Positions 26,963 through 37,114 of a stretch of DNA of 64,000 nt are shown one piece after another. The position numbers and the translations under genes were made by a program. A model generated the notes under the pieces. That model did no database searches. It worked only from the letters and a program-made list of their open reading frames with translations, and was not told where the DNA came from. The stretch is from Acidimicrobiia bacterium (GTDB taxonomy: Bacteria > Actinomycetota > Acidimicrobiia > Spongiisociales > ZC4RG35), in the NCBI GenBank assembly GCA_041747855.1, contig JBGTEJ010000042.1:321-64320 (forward strand). The letters run 5' to 3'. Numbering within the stretch: position 1 is the stretch's first letter; each line of letters opens with the position of its first letter.

Positions 26963-27858
26963 GACTCAAAACCTACGAACTGCACTTCGAACTCCAGATT
27001 GGTCCCGCTCAGCTCAAAAACACGGTCTTTGACCATGTGGGCCAGGCGATAGATGTCTTCGGCTCTGGACCCGGGAGCTGCCACGAAGAAGTTGGCATGC
27101 TTGTTCGACACCGAAACCGACCCCACTGTGAGTCCCTTCAACCCGAGACTGTCGATGAGTGCGCCGGCGGCGATGCCGTCAGGGTTCTTGAAGACGCTGC
27201 CCGCGTTCAGGGTGCCACCGGGCTGATTGTCACGTCTCCACCTGGTAATCACCCTGAGCCGCTCCAGGGATGTGTCCACATCGCCTGATCTGGCTTCAAA
27301 GGTGGCCTCGGTCACCAACTCGTGGGGTAGGAGGTTCGAGTGACGGTAAGACATCGCCAGATCAGACGGGGTCCGATCATCCGACTCCCCTGTCGAGAGA
27401 TTCAGAACATGAGCGGTCAACAGGCGGTCAGCCGTTTCGGTCCCGAAACACCCGGCGTTCTGTCGCACCGCACCGCCCACGGAGCCCGGTATGCCGACGA
27501 AGAACTCGAGCCCAGCCCGTCCGCGCTCGGATGAGACTCTTGCAAGACGGGGCAAGGGCAGGGCCGCACCGGCAGTGACGGCCGCCTCGTCCATAGCGAT
27601 AGCGTTGAAGCCCGAACCGAGGCGAATGACGATCCCGGGGAACCCGGTATCCGCAACCACCAGGTTCGAACCACGGCCCAGAACCAAGATCGGGCCTTGT
27701 TTCGTGACCCCAGACGAGATCACCCGGTTCAGGGTCACCAGGTCGGGAACGTCGGCGAAATATCGGGCGGGCCCACCCGTCTTGTAACTCATCAGCGAAC
27801 CGAGTGGAACACCTTCGGTGATCACCCCTGACTCGATCAGGGAGGCGACGGCACTCAT
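26959..27858 (-). CDS. murB: UDP-N-acetylenolpyruvoylglucosamine reductase
   Basis: FAD-binding YKTGGPARYF, LGRGSNLVVADTGFPGIVIRL and GSVFKNP. Confidence 0.9.
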   Translation of the reverse strand: MSAVASLIESGVITEGVPLGSLMSYKTGGPARYFADVPDLVTLNRVISSGVTKQGPILVLGRGSNLVVADTGFPGIVIRLGSGFNAIAMDEAAVTAGAALPLPRLARVSSERGRAGLEFFVGIPGSVGGAVRQNAGCFGTETADRLLTAHVLNLSTGESDDRTPSDLAMSYRHSNLLPHELVTEATFEARSGDVDTSLERLRVITRWRRDNQPGGTLNAGSVFKNPDGIAAGALIDSLGLKGLTVGSVSVSNKHANFFVAAPGSRAEDIYRLAHMVKDRVFELSGTNLEFEVQFVGFES

Positions 27859-29213
27859 TCTCGGCCTGCCAGTAACACCGTTAGCTCGTTGTGCAAGAGG
27901 GTGATGTCGCCGGCACCCATCGAGACGACCAGATCGCCCGATTGGAGTCTCGGGGTGAGAAATCCTGCAAGATCGGAGCGGTGGGCCACATAGTGGGTCT
28001 CCACTCCCCGGGTTTTGACGGCATCCGCCACAAGTTGCCCGGTCACACCTGGGACCGGCTCTTCGCGGGCCCCATAGACATCAGTGACTACCACCACATC
28101 GGCACGGGACAAGGCGGTACCGAACTCTTCGACAAACCGCGCCGTGCGGGAGTAGAGATGAGGCTGAAAGACCGCCCAGACACGATTCGCTCCTTGACTT
28201 CTGGCGGCCTCCACCGTTGCCGCGACCTCCGTAGGGTGATGGGCATAGTCGTCGTACAGAGAAACCCCGCGGATCGTCCCGCGATGCTCCCATCGTCGGC
28301 CTACCCCACGGAATCCACTCAGACTCCGCCCCAGTCCCTGGAGATCGTGTCCGAGTTCTGCGAGAAGAGCGATGGCACCGGCGGCGTTGAGTGCCACATG
28401 GCTGCCCGGCTTGGGGACGGTCACCGCTACCGAGCCCTTTGCAGAAGTCAGGGTGAACGCACTCCCCTCCCGACCGACCAGCAAGCCCTCGATACGCCAG
28501 TCGGCGTCTTCGGACAGCCCGTAGGTGATGCCCGTGACGGAGTCGGACACCGTCCTCGAACCGGGGTCGTCGGCACAGCACACCACCGGGCCGGCCACCC
28601 GCCTCGCAACACCGACGAAGCTCTCCATCAAGGCCGACTCATCACCAAAGTGATCCAGATGGTCGATCTCAACATTGGTCACGACCAGACCGGTCAGGTG
28701 AACCGACTCGAAAGTGCGAAAGGCCTCATCAGCCTCGAGAACGAGTAGGTCGTCCCTACCGAGGTGACCGTTGGTGCCGATGTCGATCATGTCGCCGCCA
28801 ACCACGAATGAAGGATCATGCCCAAGCGACCGGAGGGCGGTCACGAGAAGGGCGGTCGTGGTGGTTTTCCCGTGTGTGCCGGTGGCGCCGATGGTTGGGA
28901 TGCGGGCGGTGATGGCGGCGAGAAGCTGGGGTCGCCGCCAGGTCGGGATTCCGGCCTCGCGTGCGGCTACCAGTTCTTCGTCGAACTCGGGAACCGCCGA
29001 CGAAGCCACCACCAGGTCAGCCGCCACCGCCAGTTCTGGGATATGGCCCGTCACCACATTTACTCCGATCTCTCCCAGCGCAAGCAGTGGAGCCCCACCC
29101 CGGAGGTCTGAGCCTGTCACCTCGTGACCTAGACCGACGAGCAGTTTCGCCAGGGCGCTCATACCCGCCCCGCCAATCCCCACAATGTGGACCCTGTTCT
29201 GTTCCAGGATCAC
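27855..29213 (-). CDS. murC: UDP-N-acetylmuramate--L-alanine ligase
   Basis: HIVGIGGAGMSALAKLLVGLGHEVTGSDL, ATGTHGKTTTTAL and DDYAHHPTEV. Confidence 0.94.
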   Translation of the reverse strand: MILEQNRVHIVGIGGAGMSALAKLLVGLGHEVTGSDLRGGAPLLALGEIGVNVVTGHIPELAVAADLVVASSAVPEFDEELVAAREAGIPTWRRPQLLAAITARIPTIGATGTHGKTTTTALLVTALRSLGHDPSFVVGGDMIDIGTNGHLGRDDLLVLEADEAFRTFESVHLTGLVVTNVEIDHLDHFGDESALMESFVGVARRVAGPVVCCADDPGSRTVSDSVTGITYGLSEDADWRIEGLLVGREGSAFTLTSAKGSVAVTVPKPGSHVALNAAGAIALLAELGHDLQGLGRSLSGFRGVGRRWEHRGTIRGVSLYDDYAHHPTEVAATVEAARSQGANRVWAVFQPHLYSRTARFVEEFGTALSRADVVVVTDVYGAREEPVPGVTGQLVADAVKTRGVETHYVAHRSDLAGFLTPRLQSGDLVVSMGAGDITLLHNELTVLLAGRE

Positions 29214-30289
29214 AGTGCCGCCTCGAGGAGGGCCTCAGCGATGGTCAGCGCTGCTAGCGGCCGGGCCACATCGGCCGCGGCGTTCCGCATGGCACCCAGT
29301 CGACTGGTGTCGAAGAGTGTGTCCGCCACCACTCTCGGCAACCGATGGAGTTGAGTCTCCGGGAGGACGATCGCGGCCCCGGACTCAGCGAGAAAACGGG
29401 CGTTACCGATTTGATGACCGCCCGAACCGAACTCGCCGGGGACGAGGATCGCCGGCGTGCCGGTGGCCGTCAGTTCGGCGACACCACCTCCTGCTCTGGC
29501 TACGACGAGATCCGCCGCCCCGTAGAACCACTCCATTTCAGACTCGAACGCTTGCCGCTGCCAGTTGACCCCAGGGGCGGATTCGATGGTGACGGGTGTC
29601 TCCTCAAATCGTTGCCCGGTCAGATGAACCACCTGAAGCGGTGGGCCATCCCATCTCTCCACGAGACCGACGATCGCTTCATTGATCACCCCTGCACCCA
29701 ACGACCCCCCGAACACACCGAGAACCGGAAGATCCCCGCTCAGGTGGTAACGCTCCAAAGCCTGCAAGTGGAACCTCTCCCGGTCATAGTCCCAGAACTG
29801 ACGACGAACCGGGTTGCCCACCCAAACCGCAGTGGGTAGGCCCTCGGTCACAGGGAAGGCTCCAAAAGTCCGACGCGCCCACCGGGACGCAACTCTGTTC
29901 GCCAGACCGGCGGTCGCATTCTGCTCGGCGTTGAAGAAGGGCAGCCGCAACGATCGGGCGGCTAGCCCGATGGGGACCGTCACATATCCGCCCAGCCCCA
30001 GGACGACCCGGGCCCCACGTTCGGTCATAGCCTCAACGGCAGTTCGCCGGGCCCGTGCCACGACGGCCGGGATCCCGATGTTCTTCATGGTCAACGAACG
30101 CTGCAGTCCCCTGAGTTCGATCTGGAGGAATGGAAACCCGTGTGCCGGGTACACCTCGGCCTCGAGTCGATTGCCCCCTATGTAGAGGATGTCGTTGAGA
30201 GGGACACCACGTTCGACGAGGGCCTGGCCGACCGAGAGCCCGGGAAAGACATGGCCCCCGGTACCTGCGGCGGCGATAACAAAAGTCAT
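29210..30289 (-). CDS. murG: UDP-N-acetylglucosamine--lipid I GlcNAc transferase
   Basis: ATG 30289 gives MTFVIAAAGTGGHVFPG, the canonical MurG G-loop, and overlaps the ftsW stop (ATGA). The 436-aa track ORF N-terminal extension lies inside ftsW and I rejected it. Confidence 0.93.
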   Translation of the reverse strand: MTFVIAAAGTGGHVFPGLSVGQALVERGVPLNDILYIGGNRLEAEVYPAHGFPFLQIELRGLQRSLTMKNIGIPAVVARARRTAVEAMTERGARVVLGLGGYVTVPIGLAARSLRLPFFNAEQNATAGLANRVASRWARRTFGAFPVTEGLPTAVWVGNPVRRQFWDYDRERFHLQALERYHLSGDLPVLGVFGGSLGAGVINEAIVGLVERWDGPPLQVVHLTGQRFEETPVTIESAPGVNWQRQAFESEMEWFYGAADLVVARAGGGVAELTATGTPAILVPGEFGSGGHQIGNARFLAESGAAIVLPETQLHRLPRVVADTLFDTSRLGAMRNAAADVARPLAALTIAEALLEAAL

Positions 30290-31449
30290 CGGCGGGGAGC
30301 GACCCCACTTTGGGAGATATTCACCAGTATCCCTACTGCAGCCATCGCCACGATGAGCGCGGTCGAGCCGAACGAGACGAAGGGGAGAGCAATCCCCGTG
30401 ATCGGCATCACCCCCAGCACGCCGCCGATATTGATCAGCGCCTGCAGGGAAATCCAAACGGTTAGCCCTGTGGCGAGCATTCGTCCGAACCGGTCGGGGG
30501 CCCGGGCTGCGACCACCCACCCGGCGAGGGCCAAGACCACGAACAACCCGATGATGGTGAGACCGCCGATCAGCCCCGTCTCTTCACCGATGATGGCGAA
30601 GATGAAGTCGGTGTGAGCGTTGGGCAGGTAGAACCACCTGGCGCGGGAGGCGCCGAGGCCCACCCCGAATATCCCGCCGTTGCCGAGTGCGTGGTATCCC
30701 TGGATCACCTGGTAACCCTTTCCTTGGGCATCGGCATACGGATCCAGGAACCCGACGATACGGCTGACTCGATACCCCTCGTCGAAGGCGAGGAATGTGG
30801 TGAGGAGGATGGCCGCCACCAAGAGCAAGGCGATATAGCGGAACGGAGTGTCACTCGCCATGACCACCGCCATGGCTGCCGCACCGATCACAATCAAGGT
30901 GCCGAGGTCGGGTTGACGGATGATGAGCACGCCAAGCACTCCGACCGTGGCGATCAGCGGGACGATCAAGTGGCTGAACCGGATCAGCAGCTTGTGCTTT
31001 CGCTCCAGGATGTAGGCGAGGATGAACACCACCGTGATCTTTGCTAGCTCCGATGGTTGGAACATGAAACCGCCGATCGAGAGCCAACGGGTGGCCCCGC
31101 CTCTGGTGACCCCCGCAGCGAGAACCGCGACCAGAAGGGCCAATGTTCCGAGGAAGGCCGGTATGGCAAGCTTCCGATAGACGGTATAGCGCAACCGGCT
31201 GGTCATGAGGAGGGCCAAAATCCCGACACCGACGCCCATGAGCTGTCTTCGGAAGAAATAGAAGCGGTCTTCGGTCCAGTCGATTGCGATGGCCGAAGAC
31301 GCTGACTGGGTCGCACCCAGTCCGATGACGACCAACACCACCACAACCACCAACAGAGCGGTCGTGGTACGGCTGTTGGCCTTCGCCATGTCCTCCCGAT
31401 CCCGGGCCGCGGCTCGCACGTTGGCTATGGGGGTGACCTCGGCGGTCAT
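30286..31449 (-). CDS. ftsW: SEDS-family peptidoglycan polymerase FtsW
   Basis: 387 aa, about 10 TM. Motifs QPSELAK, RQPDLGT, TDFIFAIIGEE and PITGIALPFVSFGS. Confidence 0.9.
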   Translation of the reverse strand: MTAEVTPIANVRAAARDREDMAKANSRTTTALLVVVVVLVVIGLGATQSASSAIAIDWTEDRFYFFRRQLMGVGVGILALLMTSRLRYTVYRKLAIPAFLGTLALLVAVLAAGVTRGGATRWLSIGGFMFQPSELAKITVVFILAYILERKHKLLIRFSHLIVPLIATVGVLGVLIIRQPDLGTLIVIGAAAMAVVMASDTPFRYIALLLVAAILLTTFLAFDEGYRVSRIVGFLDPYADAQGKGYQVIQGYHALGNGGIFGVGLGASRARWFYLPNAHTDFIFAIIGEETGLIGGLTIIGLFVVLALAGWVVAARAPDRFGRMLATGLTVWISLQALINIGGVLGVMPITGIALPFVSFGSTALIVAMAAVGILVNISQSGVAPRR

Positions 31450-32756
31450 TTGATCGCTCCCATTCGTTCCATCACCAGCCCGGCGAAGCGATCACCCCGG
31501 TCGGCATAAGACTCGAACTGGTCGAAACTGGCACAGGCCGGTGCCAGGAGCACGGTGTCACCCGGTTCCGCCGCCTGTGCGGCCATCTCAACCGCAAGCT
31601 CGAGAGTTCCCGCCAGTCGTCCGCGTTCCCCGGCCGCCTCCACCACTACCGGCCCCGCGTCCCCGATTCCGATGGCCAACTTCAGGTTCGGAGCCTGACC
31701 CAGACGGGTGATGTCCTGGCCCTTGGCAAGACCGCCGGCGATGAGGATGACGGAGCCGTAGCTCGCGATCGACGCCAGCGCCGAATGGGTGTTGGTCGCC
31801 TTCGAATCGTCAACCCACACAACTCCTGCGTGTTCGGCCACTTTCTGTCTCCGGTGAGCTCCCGGCCGGTACTCGCGGGCGGCTTCGGTCACCCCATCCG
31901 GAGTGGCCCCCACATGTTGGGCCAGTGCGGCAGCACACGCCAGGTTGGAGAGGTGGATCGGGTCCTGCCTGGCGAGGTCGTCCACGTCGATCCTCACGTC
32001 CATGACCCGGAACACGCCGCCATCCACTCCTCCGCCACCCTCCGGGATTCTGCTCCCGCTTATTGGGAAAAGGCGGGAAGGGGCCCCGGATACAAGGTCG
32101 GTAGCGCCCGGATCGTCAGCGTCGAAGACGATCAGATCAGATCGTGACTGGTTGGCAAAGATCCTCGCCTTGGACTCACGATAGGCGTAGAGCGAACCGT
32201 GCCAGTCGATGTGGTCTTCGGCGAAATTGGTCACTGCCGCTGCCGCCAGATGGAGCGTCTCGGTGAAACGCAGCTGGAAACTGGACAACTCGACAACAAG
32301 GGCGTCGTACACCTGATTGGTGAAATCAGAGAGCGGAAACCCGATGTTGCCGGTGGCATGTGTCTCGAGTCCGGAAGCAGCGAGCATCGCCGTCGCAGCC
32401 TCGGTCACTGTGGTCTTCCCGTTCGTGCCCGTGATCCCTATAAGTGGCGCCTGAACGTGTGGCCAGGCGTACTCGATCTCGGATACCAGCGGCAACCCCC
32501 ACTCGAGTGTGTCGACGATCGGAGCGGACCTCTCCGAGAAGCCCGGGCTGGTGATCACCAGGTCAGCATCCCGGAGCAAGAGGTGGTCCCAATCCCCCAC
32601 CGAGAAACCAAAGCCTTCGCTGAGTGGGCGTTGGCTGAAGGACCGGTCGTACAGGGTCACCCCGAGACCCTTCGAGCGGGCCAGTCGGGCCACCGACATA
32701 CCCGATACACCCGCTCCAAGCACGAGAGCATGGGTCACAGGAGTCCCTCCAGCCAC
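31446..32756 (-). CDS. murD: UDP-N-acetylmuramoylalanine--D-glutamate ligase
   Basis: N-terminal Rossmann LVLGAGVSGMSVARL, GITGTNGKTTVTE and VWVDDSKATN. Confidence 0.92.
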   Translation of the reverse strand: MAGGTPVTHALVLGAGVSGMSVARLARSKGLGVTLYDRSFSQRPLSEGFGFSVGDWDHLLLRDADLVITSPGFSERSAPIVDTLEWGLPLVSEIEYAWPHVQAPLIGITGTNGKTTVTEAATAMLAASGLETHATGNIGFPLSDFTNQVYDALVVELSSFQLRFTETLHLAAAAVTNFAEDHIDWHGSLYAYRESKARIFANQSRSDLIVFDADDPGATDLVSGAPSRLFPISGSRIPEGGGGVDGGVFRVMDVRIDVDDLARQDPIHLSNLACAAALAQHVGATPDGVTEAAREYRPGAHRRQKVAEHAGVVWVDDSKATNTHSALASIASYGSVILIAGGLAKGQDITRLGQAPNLKLAIGIGDAGPVVVEAAGERGRLAGTLELAVEMAAQAAEPGDTVLLAPACASFDQFESYADRGDRFAGLVMERMGAIK

Positions 32757-33793
32757 AGGAAGTCCCCGTAGAAGAGCCCAAGGCCCAGGGCAACCCCGAT
32801 ACCGGTCAGGATCCAGAATCGGATCACAACGGTCGTTTCAGGCCATCCCTTCAGGTCGAAATGGAAGTGGAGCGGCGCCATCTTGAAAACACGTCTTCCG
32901 AAGACCCGAAAACTGATCACCTGAATCACCACCGAGACAGCCTCGGCCACATATATCGCACCGATCACGAGCAGCAGGAGTTGGGTGTTGGTGAGGATGG
33001 CCAACGCGGCCAACATGCCCCCTATTGCCTGACTGCCAACGTCGCCCATGATGATCTTGGCCGGGTGGGCATTCCACCACAAGAATCCGAGCAGCGCTCC
33101 AAACATCCCGGCAGACACGATCGCCAACTCGAGGGGATCGAGGGCCTGATAGATGCCGGGATCGCGGAAGGGTGGCTGATTCCTGAACTGCCAGAAGGCG
33201 ATCACCGTGTATGCCGCTACCACCAGCGAGGCCGAGCCGGCGGCGAGACCATCCATGCCGTCGGCGAAGTTCACACCGTTGGCGAAGCCGGTCATCATGA
33301 AGAGCACCCAGACCACGAAGAAGACGCCCAAGTCGATGCCCAGCGGTCGCACGAATGAGACCTGGGTGACCACACCCGCTGTCGAAGCACCCCAGGCAAA
33401 CAGTGCGGCTATGGCCAGTTGACCTCCGAACTTGGCTGACTTGGAGAGACCGAGACTTCTCTTCCGGCTGTATTTGATGTAGTCGTCCAAAAGTCCAACC
33501 AAAGCCATGCCACCGAAGGCGAGCAGGACGAGAAGTCCTCCGACATGGAACGGAAGCACCTGGATCTCGAATTGAGACGAAACACGCACATGGGAGGTTA
33601 GATAACCGACGAAAGTCGCAGCCACGAAAACGATTCCGCCCATCGTGGGGATCCCCTGCTTGTGTGAGTGGCTGAGCAGCTCCTCCTGCACGAACTGCCC
33701 GATCCGACGGCGCTCCAGGATCCGAATCAAATACGGGGTACCAAAGATGGAGACCACCAGACCGAGGGCGGCAGAGATCAGAAGCGAAATCAC
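32735..33793 (-). CDS. mraY: phospho-N-acetylmuramoyl-pentapeptide transferase
   Basis: KQGIPTMGG, NGVNFADGMDGLA, GDVGSQAIGG, and the APLHFHFDLKGW C-terminal motif. Confidence 0.95.
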   Translation of the reverse strand: MISLLISAALGLVVSIFGTPYLIRILERRRIGQFVQEELLSHSHKQGIPTMGGIVFVAATFVGYLTSHVRVSSQFEIQVLPFHVGGLLVLLAFGGMALVGLLDDYIKYSRKRSLGLSKSAKFGGQLAIAALFAWGASTAGVVTQVSFVRPLGIDLGVFFVVWVLFMMTGFANGVNFADGMDGLAAGSASLVVAAYTVIAFWQFRNQPPFRDPGIYQALDPLELAIVSAGMFGALLGFLWWNAHPAKIIMGDVGSQAIGGMLAALAILTNTQLLLLVIGAIYVAEAVSVVIQVISFRVFGRRVFKMAPLHFHFDLKGWPETTVVIRFWILTGIGVALGLGLFYGDFLWLEGLL

Positions 33794-35274
33794 TGCTCCA
33801 TGCTCCCAACCTCGGGACGGTTTTTGGCGGACCTTCGCAGAAGGGCGAGCTCGGCCCGACCCACCTCCCTGTCGTCGAACGGGATCAGACGCCCATCCAC
33901 CTCCTGGAAGGGCTCGTGTCCCCTGCCCAAGAGGAGCACGGTGTCTCCGTCACCGGCGATCTCGAGAGCCGCTCGGATTGCGGCGCGCCGGTCCACTTCG
34001 ATGATGGTCTCGACATCCCGGGCGACCCCACTTGCAACCGCCCTGACGATCTCGCCTGGGTCCTCTGAGCGTGGATTGTCACTGGTCACAACGGCCACAT
34101 CGGCCTTCGAGACTGCCGCCCCCATCATCGGCCGTTTCTCTCGATCACGGTCTCCCCCCGCCCCAACTAGTGCGATCACCTTCCGACTCCCCAACCCACG
34201 TGCGGTTTCCACGGCCAGCCTGACCCCCTCCGGCGTATGGGCGTAGTCGACAATCACCGTCACCGGATCGTCGCCGCTGATCATCTGGAATCTGCCCGGG
34301 ACACCGGGAAGCGCACTGAGGCTCTCCACAACATCGTCGAAAGGCATGTCGGCAGCGAGACAGCACACCGAAGCCATCACCGCGTTCTCCACGTTGAACT
34401 CCCCGAAAATGCTGGCCTCGACCCGGGCGCTGCCCCACGGCGTCACCAGCTCGAATCTGGTCCCGGTGGTCGTGAGGCCGACGGCTCTGGCCCAGGCATC
34501 GCCCTCAACGCCGACGCTGACGACCGGGCTGGTGGCGTTCGCCGCGATCTCCCTGCCGGCTGGGTCGTCGATGTTGATGACAGCTGTACCGAGTTCGTAG
34601 TCGATGAACAAGCTCTTCTTCGCCGACAGGTAGCTCTCCATATCCCCATGGAAGTCGAGATGGTCCTGAGAGAGATTGGTGAAGGCGGCCACTTCAAATC
34701 GGGTCTCACGGACCCGACCCAACTCCAATGCGTGCGATGACACTTCTGTAGCGACGACACCCACACCCAGCTGGCGCATAGAAGCGAGCAATCTCTGGAA
34801 ATCGGTCGCCTCGGGAGTTGTCCTCTCCGATTCGAAGAGCTTCCCAGCAGCACGGGTCTGGATCGTGCCGATGAGACCGGCTGAGCCCCCGGAGCGGTTC
34901 ACGATCGACTCGACATAGTGGGTTACGGTCGTCTTGCCGTTGGTCCCGGTGACACCGACCACCGCTATGTCACGTGATGGGTGGCCATGAACCTCGGCGG
35001 CGAGCAACGCCATCACTCCTCTGGTGTCTCCGACAACGAGCTGGGGAATCGGCGAAGAAACTGAATGGTCTACACACACTGCCGCGGCCCCGATGGCCAC
35101 GGCCTGGGAGATGAAGTCATGGCCATCGCTAGAGGAGCCTCTTACGGCCACGAACAGCGAACCGGGCCGAACCTGTCGTGAATCGTGGGTGACATCGAGA
35201 ATCTTGGTCGCCCCAGAACCGACTAGCTCGGCCCCGCTCACATCTGCCAAACGCTGAAGATCGCTACCGGACAT
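33790..35274 (-). CDS. murE: UDP-MurNAc-L-Ala-D-Glu--2,6-diaminopimelate ligase
   Basis: VTHDSRQVRPGSLFVAVRG, GVTGTNGKTT, DYAHTPEG, and the DAP-specific TSDNPRSEDP. The preferred ATG at 35274 is 7 nt after the ftsI stop. The track start at 35322 would overlap ftsI by 59 nt. Confidence 0.9.
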   Translation of the reverse strand: MSGSDLQRLADVSGAELVGSGATKILDVTHDSRQVRPGSLFVAVRGSSSDGHDFISQAVAIGAAAVCVDHSVSSPIPQLVVGDTRGVMALLAAEVHGHPSRDIAVVGVTGTNGKTTVTHYVESIVNRSGGSAGLIGTIQTRAAGKLFESERTTPEATDFQRLLASMRQLGVGVVATEVSSHALELGRVRETRFEVAAFTNLSQDHLDFHGDMESYLSAKKSLFIDYELGTAVINIDDPAGREIAANATSPVVSVGVEGDAWARAVGLTTTGTRFELVTPWGSARVEASIFGEFNVENAVMASVCCLAADMPFDDVVESLSALPGVPGRFQMISGDDPVTVIVDYAHTPEGVRLAVETARGLGSRKVIALVGAGGDRDREKRPMMGAAVSKADVAVVTSDNPRSEDPGEIVRAVASGVARDVETIIEVDRRAAIRAALEIAGDGDTVLLLGRGHEPFQEVDGRLIPFDDREVGRAELALLRRSAKNRPEVGSMEQ

Positions 35275-37033
35275 TTGCGTCCGGGGTGGCACCGATCCGA
35301 TGGAGAGCCTGCTCCATGACATGTGCGAAGACCGGTGCCGCCGAGAGACCTCCGGTACGGAAATCCTTGTGAGGGTTATCGATCACCACCGCGACGACGA
35401 TCTTGGGATTGCTGATCGGTGCGATACCGACGAAAGAGGCCCAGGTCTGGTCGGTGTACTGGCCTGTCGCAAGGTCGAGCTTGTTGGCAGTACCGGTCTT
35501 TCCTCCAACCCTGTACCCGGCCACCATCGCCCCTGTTCCTGTGCCCTGGACCACTGCCCGCTCCAGCAGTTCGAGCATGAGACGGGCAGTCCCGGAAGAG
35601 ACCACCTGACGGGTCTGGAGACTGGCTACTTCAGTCGATCCGTGGACATCGACCGTTGACGAAACCAGATGTGGTGTCGTCCAGACGCCCTGGTTGGCAA
35701 TGGCCGCGTACGCCGCCGCCATCTGAAGAGGGGATGCGGCCACGGAGTAGCCAATCGCCGCCGAAGCCCAGCAGATGTCACACCCAGCTTCGAAGTTGAG
35801 GATTCCAGATGCTTCAGCGGTGAAGTCGACCCCGGTCTTGACGCCAAGTCCGAAGCGCTCTATGTACTCGACCTGACGTGTCTGGCCCAGCTTCTCGGCG
35901 ACCATGATCGTGCCTATATTCGAGGACTGGGCAAAGATGTCGGCGACACTCATGTCGACCGTTTCATGACGGGTGAAATCGGCGTAGCAGCCCCAGAGCT
36001 CACCCCTTCTCAACCCACAGGCACCGTCTTTGAGTTCCAACTGATCGGGAACATCCGGGATGATCGTTCCGATGGTCACCTCACCCTCCTCCAGAGCCGC
36101 CGCCACGGTTATCAGCTTCTGGGTCGACCCCGGCTCGAAGATTCCCCGAACCGCGAAGTTGAAGATCGTGCATCGGGGTGGAGGTTCTTCCGTGATGCAG
36201 GAGGGGTCCTTGTGACTTCGGGTCACGGGATCGAACTCGGGGACGCCTCCGAGGGCAAGGATCTCACCGGTCTCGACATGGAGGACAACCACCCAGCATC
36301 CTTCGGCTGAGTACGTGCGCACCGCCTCCTGACATGCCTTCTGGGAGCGATACTGGAGGGGTAGATCGATCGTGGTGATAAGGTCGACGCCCGGAGTGGC
36401 CGGGACGATGTCGGAGATGCCCTGGGGAATGGGAGTCCCGTCGGGTGCCCGTTCGAAGACCGCCCGACCTGGAACACCACGCAATTGCTCCTCATAGAAC
36501 AACTCAACACCCTCGAGCCCGACACCATCGATGTCGACGAAGCCCGTCACCTGGCTGGCGACGGCACTTTCGGGGTAGTAGCGGGTCGGTTCGGGATGGG
36601 AGTAGACCCCCCGCAGACCCAGGTCGAGCACCTCCTGGGCGAGAGCGGGGTCCACCTGCCGCTTCAGGTACACGAACTCCCGGTCGCTGGTGAGACGCTC
36701 ATAGAGGACGTCGACGTCGACTCCGAGGAAGTTCCCTACTTGTTGAGCGATGTAGAGAGGTTCTTCCACCTGGGTCGGGACGGCAAACAGGGTGCTCGAC
36801 TCCACGGTCATCGCCAGAAGATCACCGTTGCGGTCGAAGACTTTTCCCCGCTGTGGTGCCAGGTCCCTGGTCACCAGCCTCTGATTGAGTCCCGCGGACG
36901 CAAGCTCGGGCGCCTTGACCACCTGAATCTCGACCAGGCGATAACCCATCCCGGCCCATCCCAGAACCAGGGCGATCCCGACTACAGCAATACGACTCCG
37001 GAGGGGTGGCAGTCCCCGGTCAGAAGTCACCAT
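35264..37033 (-). CDS. ftsI: class B penicillin-binding protein / septal transpeptidase
   Basis: N-terminal TM. Active-site triad of motifs STQK (FEPGSTQKL), SSN (AQSSNIG) and KTG (GGKTGTA). Confidence 0.9.
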   Translation of the reverse strand: MVTSDRGLPPLRSRIAVVGIALVLGWAGMGYRLVEIQVVKAPELASAGLNQRLVTRDLAPQRGKVFDRNGDLLAMTVESSTLFAVPTQVEEPLYIAQQVGNFLGVDVDVLYERLTSDREFVYLKRQVDPALAQEVLDLGLRGVYSHPEPTRYYPESAVASQVTGFVDIDGVGLEGVELFYEEQLRGVPGRAVFERAPDGTPIPQGISDIVPATPGVDLITTIDLPLQYRSQKACQEAVRTYSAEGCWVVVLHVETGEILALGGVPEFDPVTRSHKDPSCITEEPPPRCTIFNFAVRGIFEPGSTQKLITVAAALEEGEVTIGTIIPDVPDQLELKDGACGLRRGELWGCYADFTRHETVDMSVADIFAQSSNIGTIMVAEKLGQTRQVEYIERFGLGVKTGVDFTAEASGILNFEAGCDICWASAAIGYSVAASPLQMAAAYAAIANQGVWTTPHLVSSTVDVHGSTEVASLQTRQVVSSGTARLMLELLERAVVQGTGTGAMVAGYRVGGKTGTANKLDLATGQYTDQTWASFVGIAPISNPKIVVAVVIDNPHKDFRTGGLSAAPVFAHVMEQALHRIGATPDANVR

Positions 37034-37042
37034 AGAACCCTG

Positions 37043-37066
37043 CCCTCCGGCTGAAGTCCCGGAGGG
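37043..37066 (-). promoter_or_regulatory. 8-bp stem / 8-nt loop hairpin in the ftsL-ftsI spacer whose 3' arm contains the ftsI SD
   Basis: The plus strand reads ccctccgg ctgaagtc ccggaggg. In mRNA sense it is CCCUCCGG-GACUUCAG-CCGGAGGG followed by CAGGGUUCU-AUG. Confidence 0.5.
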
Positions 37067-37114
37067 GCGGAGCCCCAGCGATAAGCCCGGATCCAGCGTG
37101 TTCTCGGGTGGCCA

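Noticed and set aside
29210-30520. Long N-terminal extensions of track ORFs (murG 436 aa; likewise fabD 52698-54119, HAD 7046-8074, dksA-like 18273-18779, yggS 23723-24469, SRPBCC 56493-57044, phosphoesterase 56960-57835)
   Set aside because: The extensions run through the neighbouring gene in another frame and are R/P/G-rich. Canonical N-termini with coupled or SD-preceded starts exist downstream.
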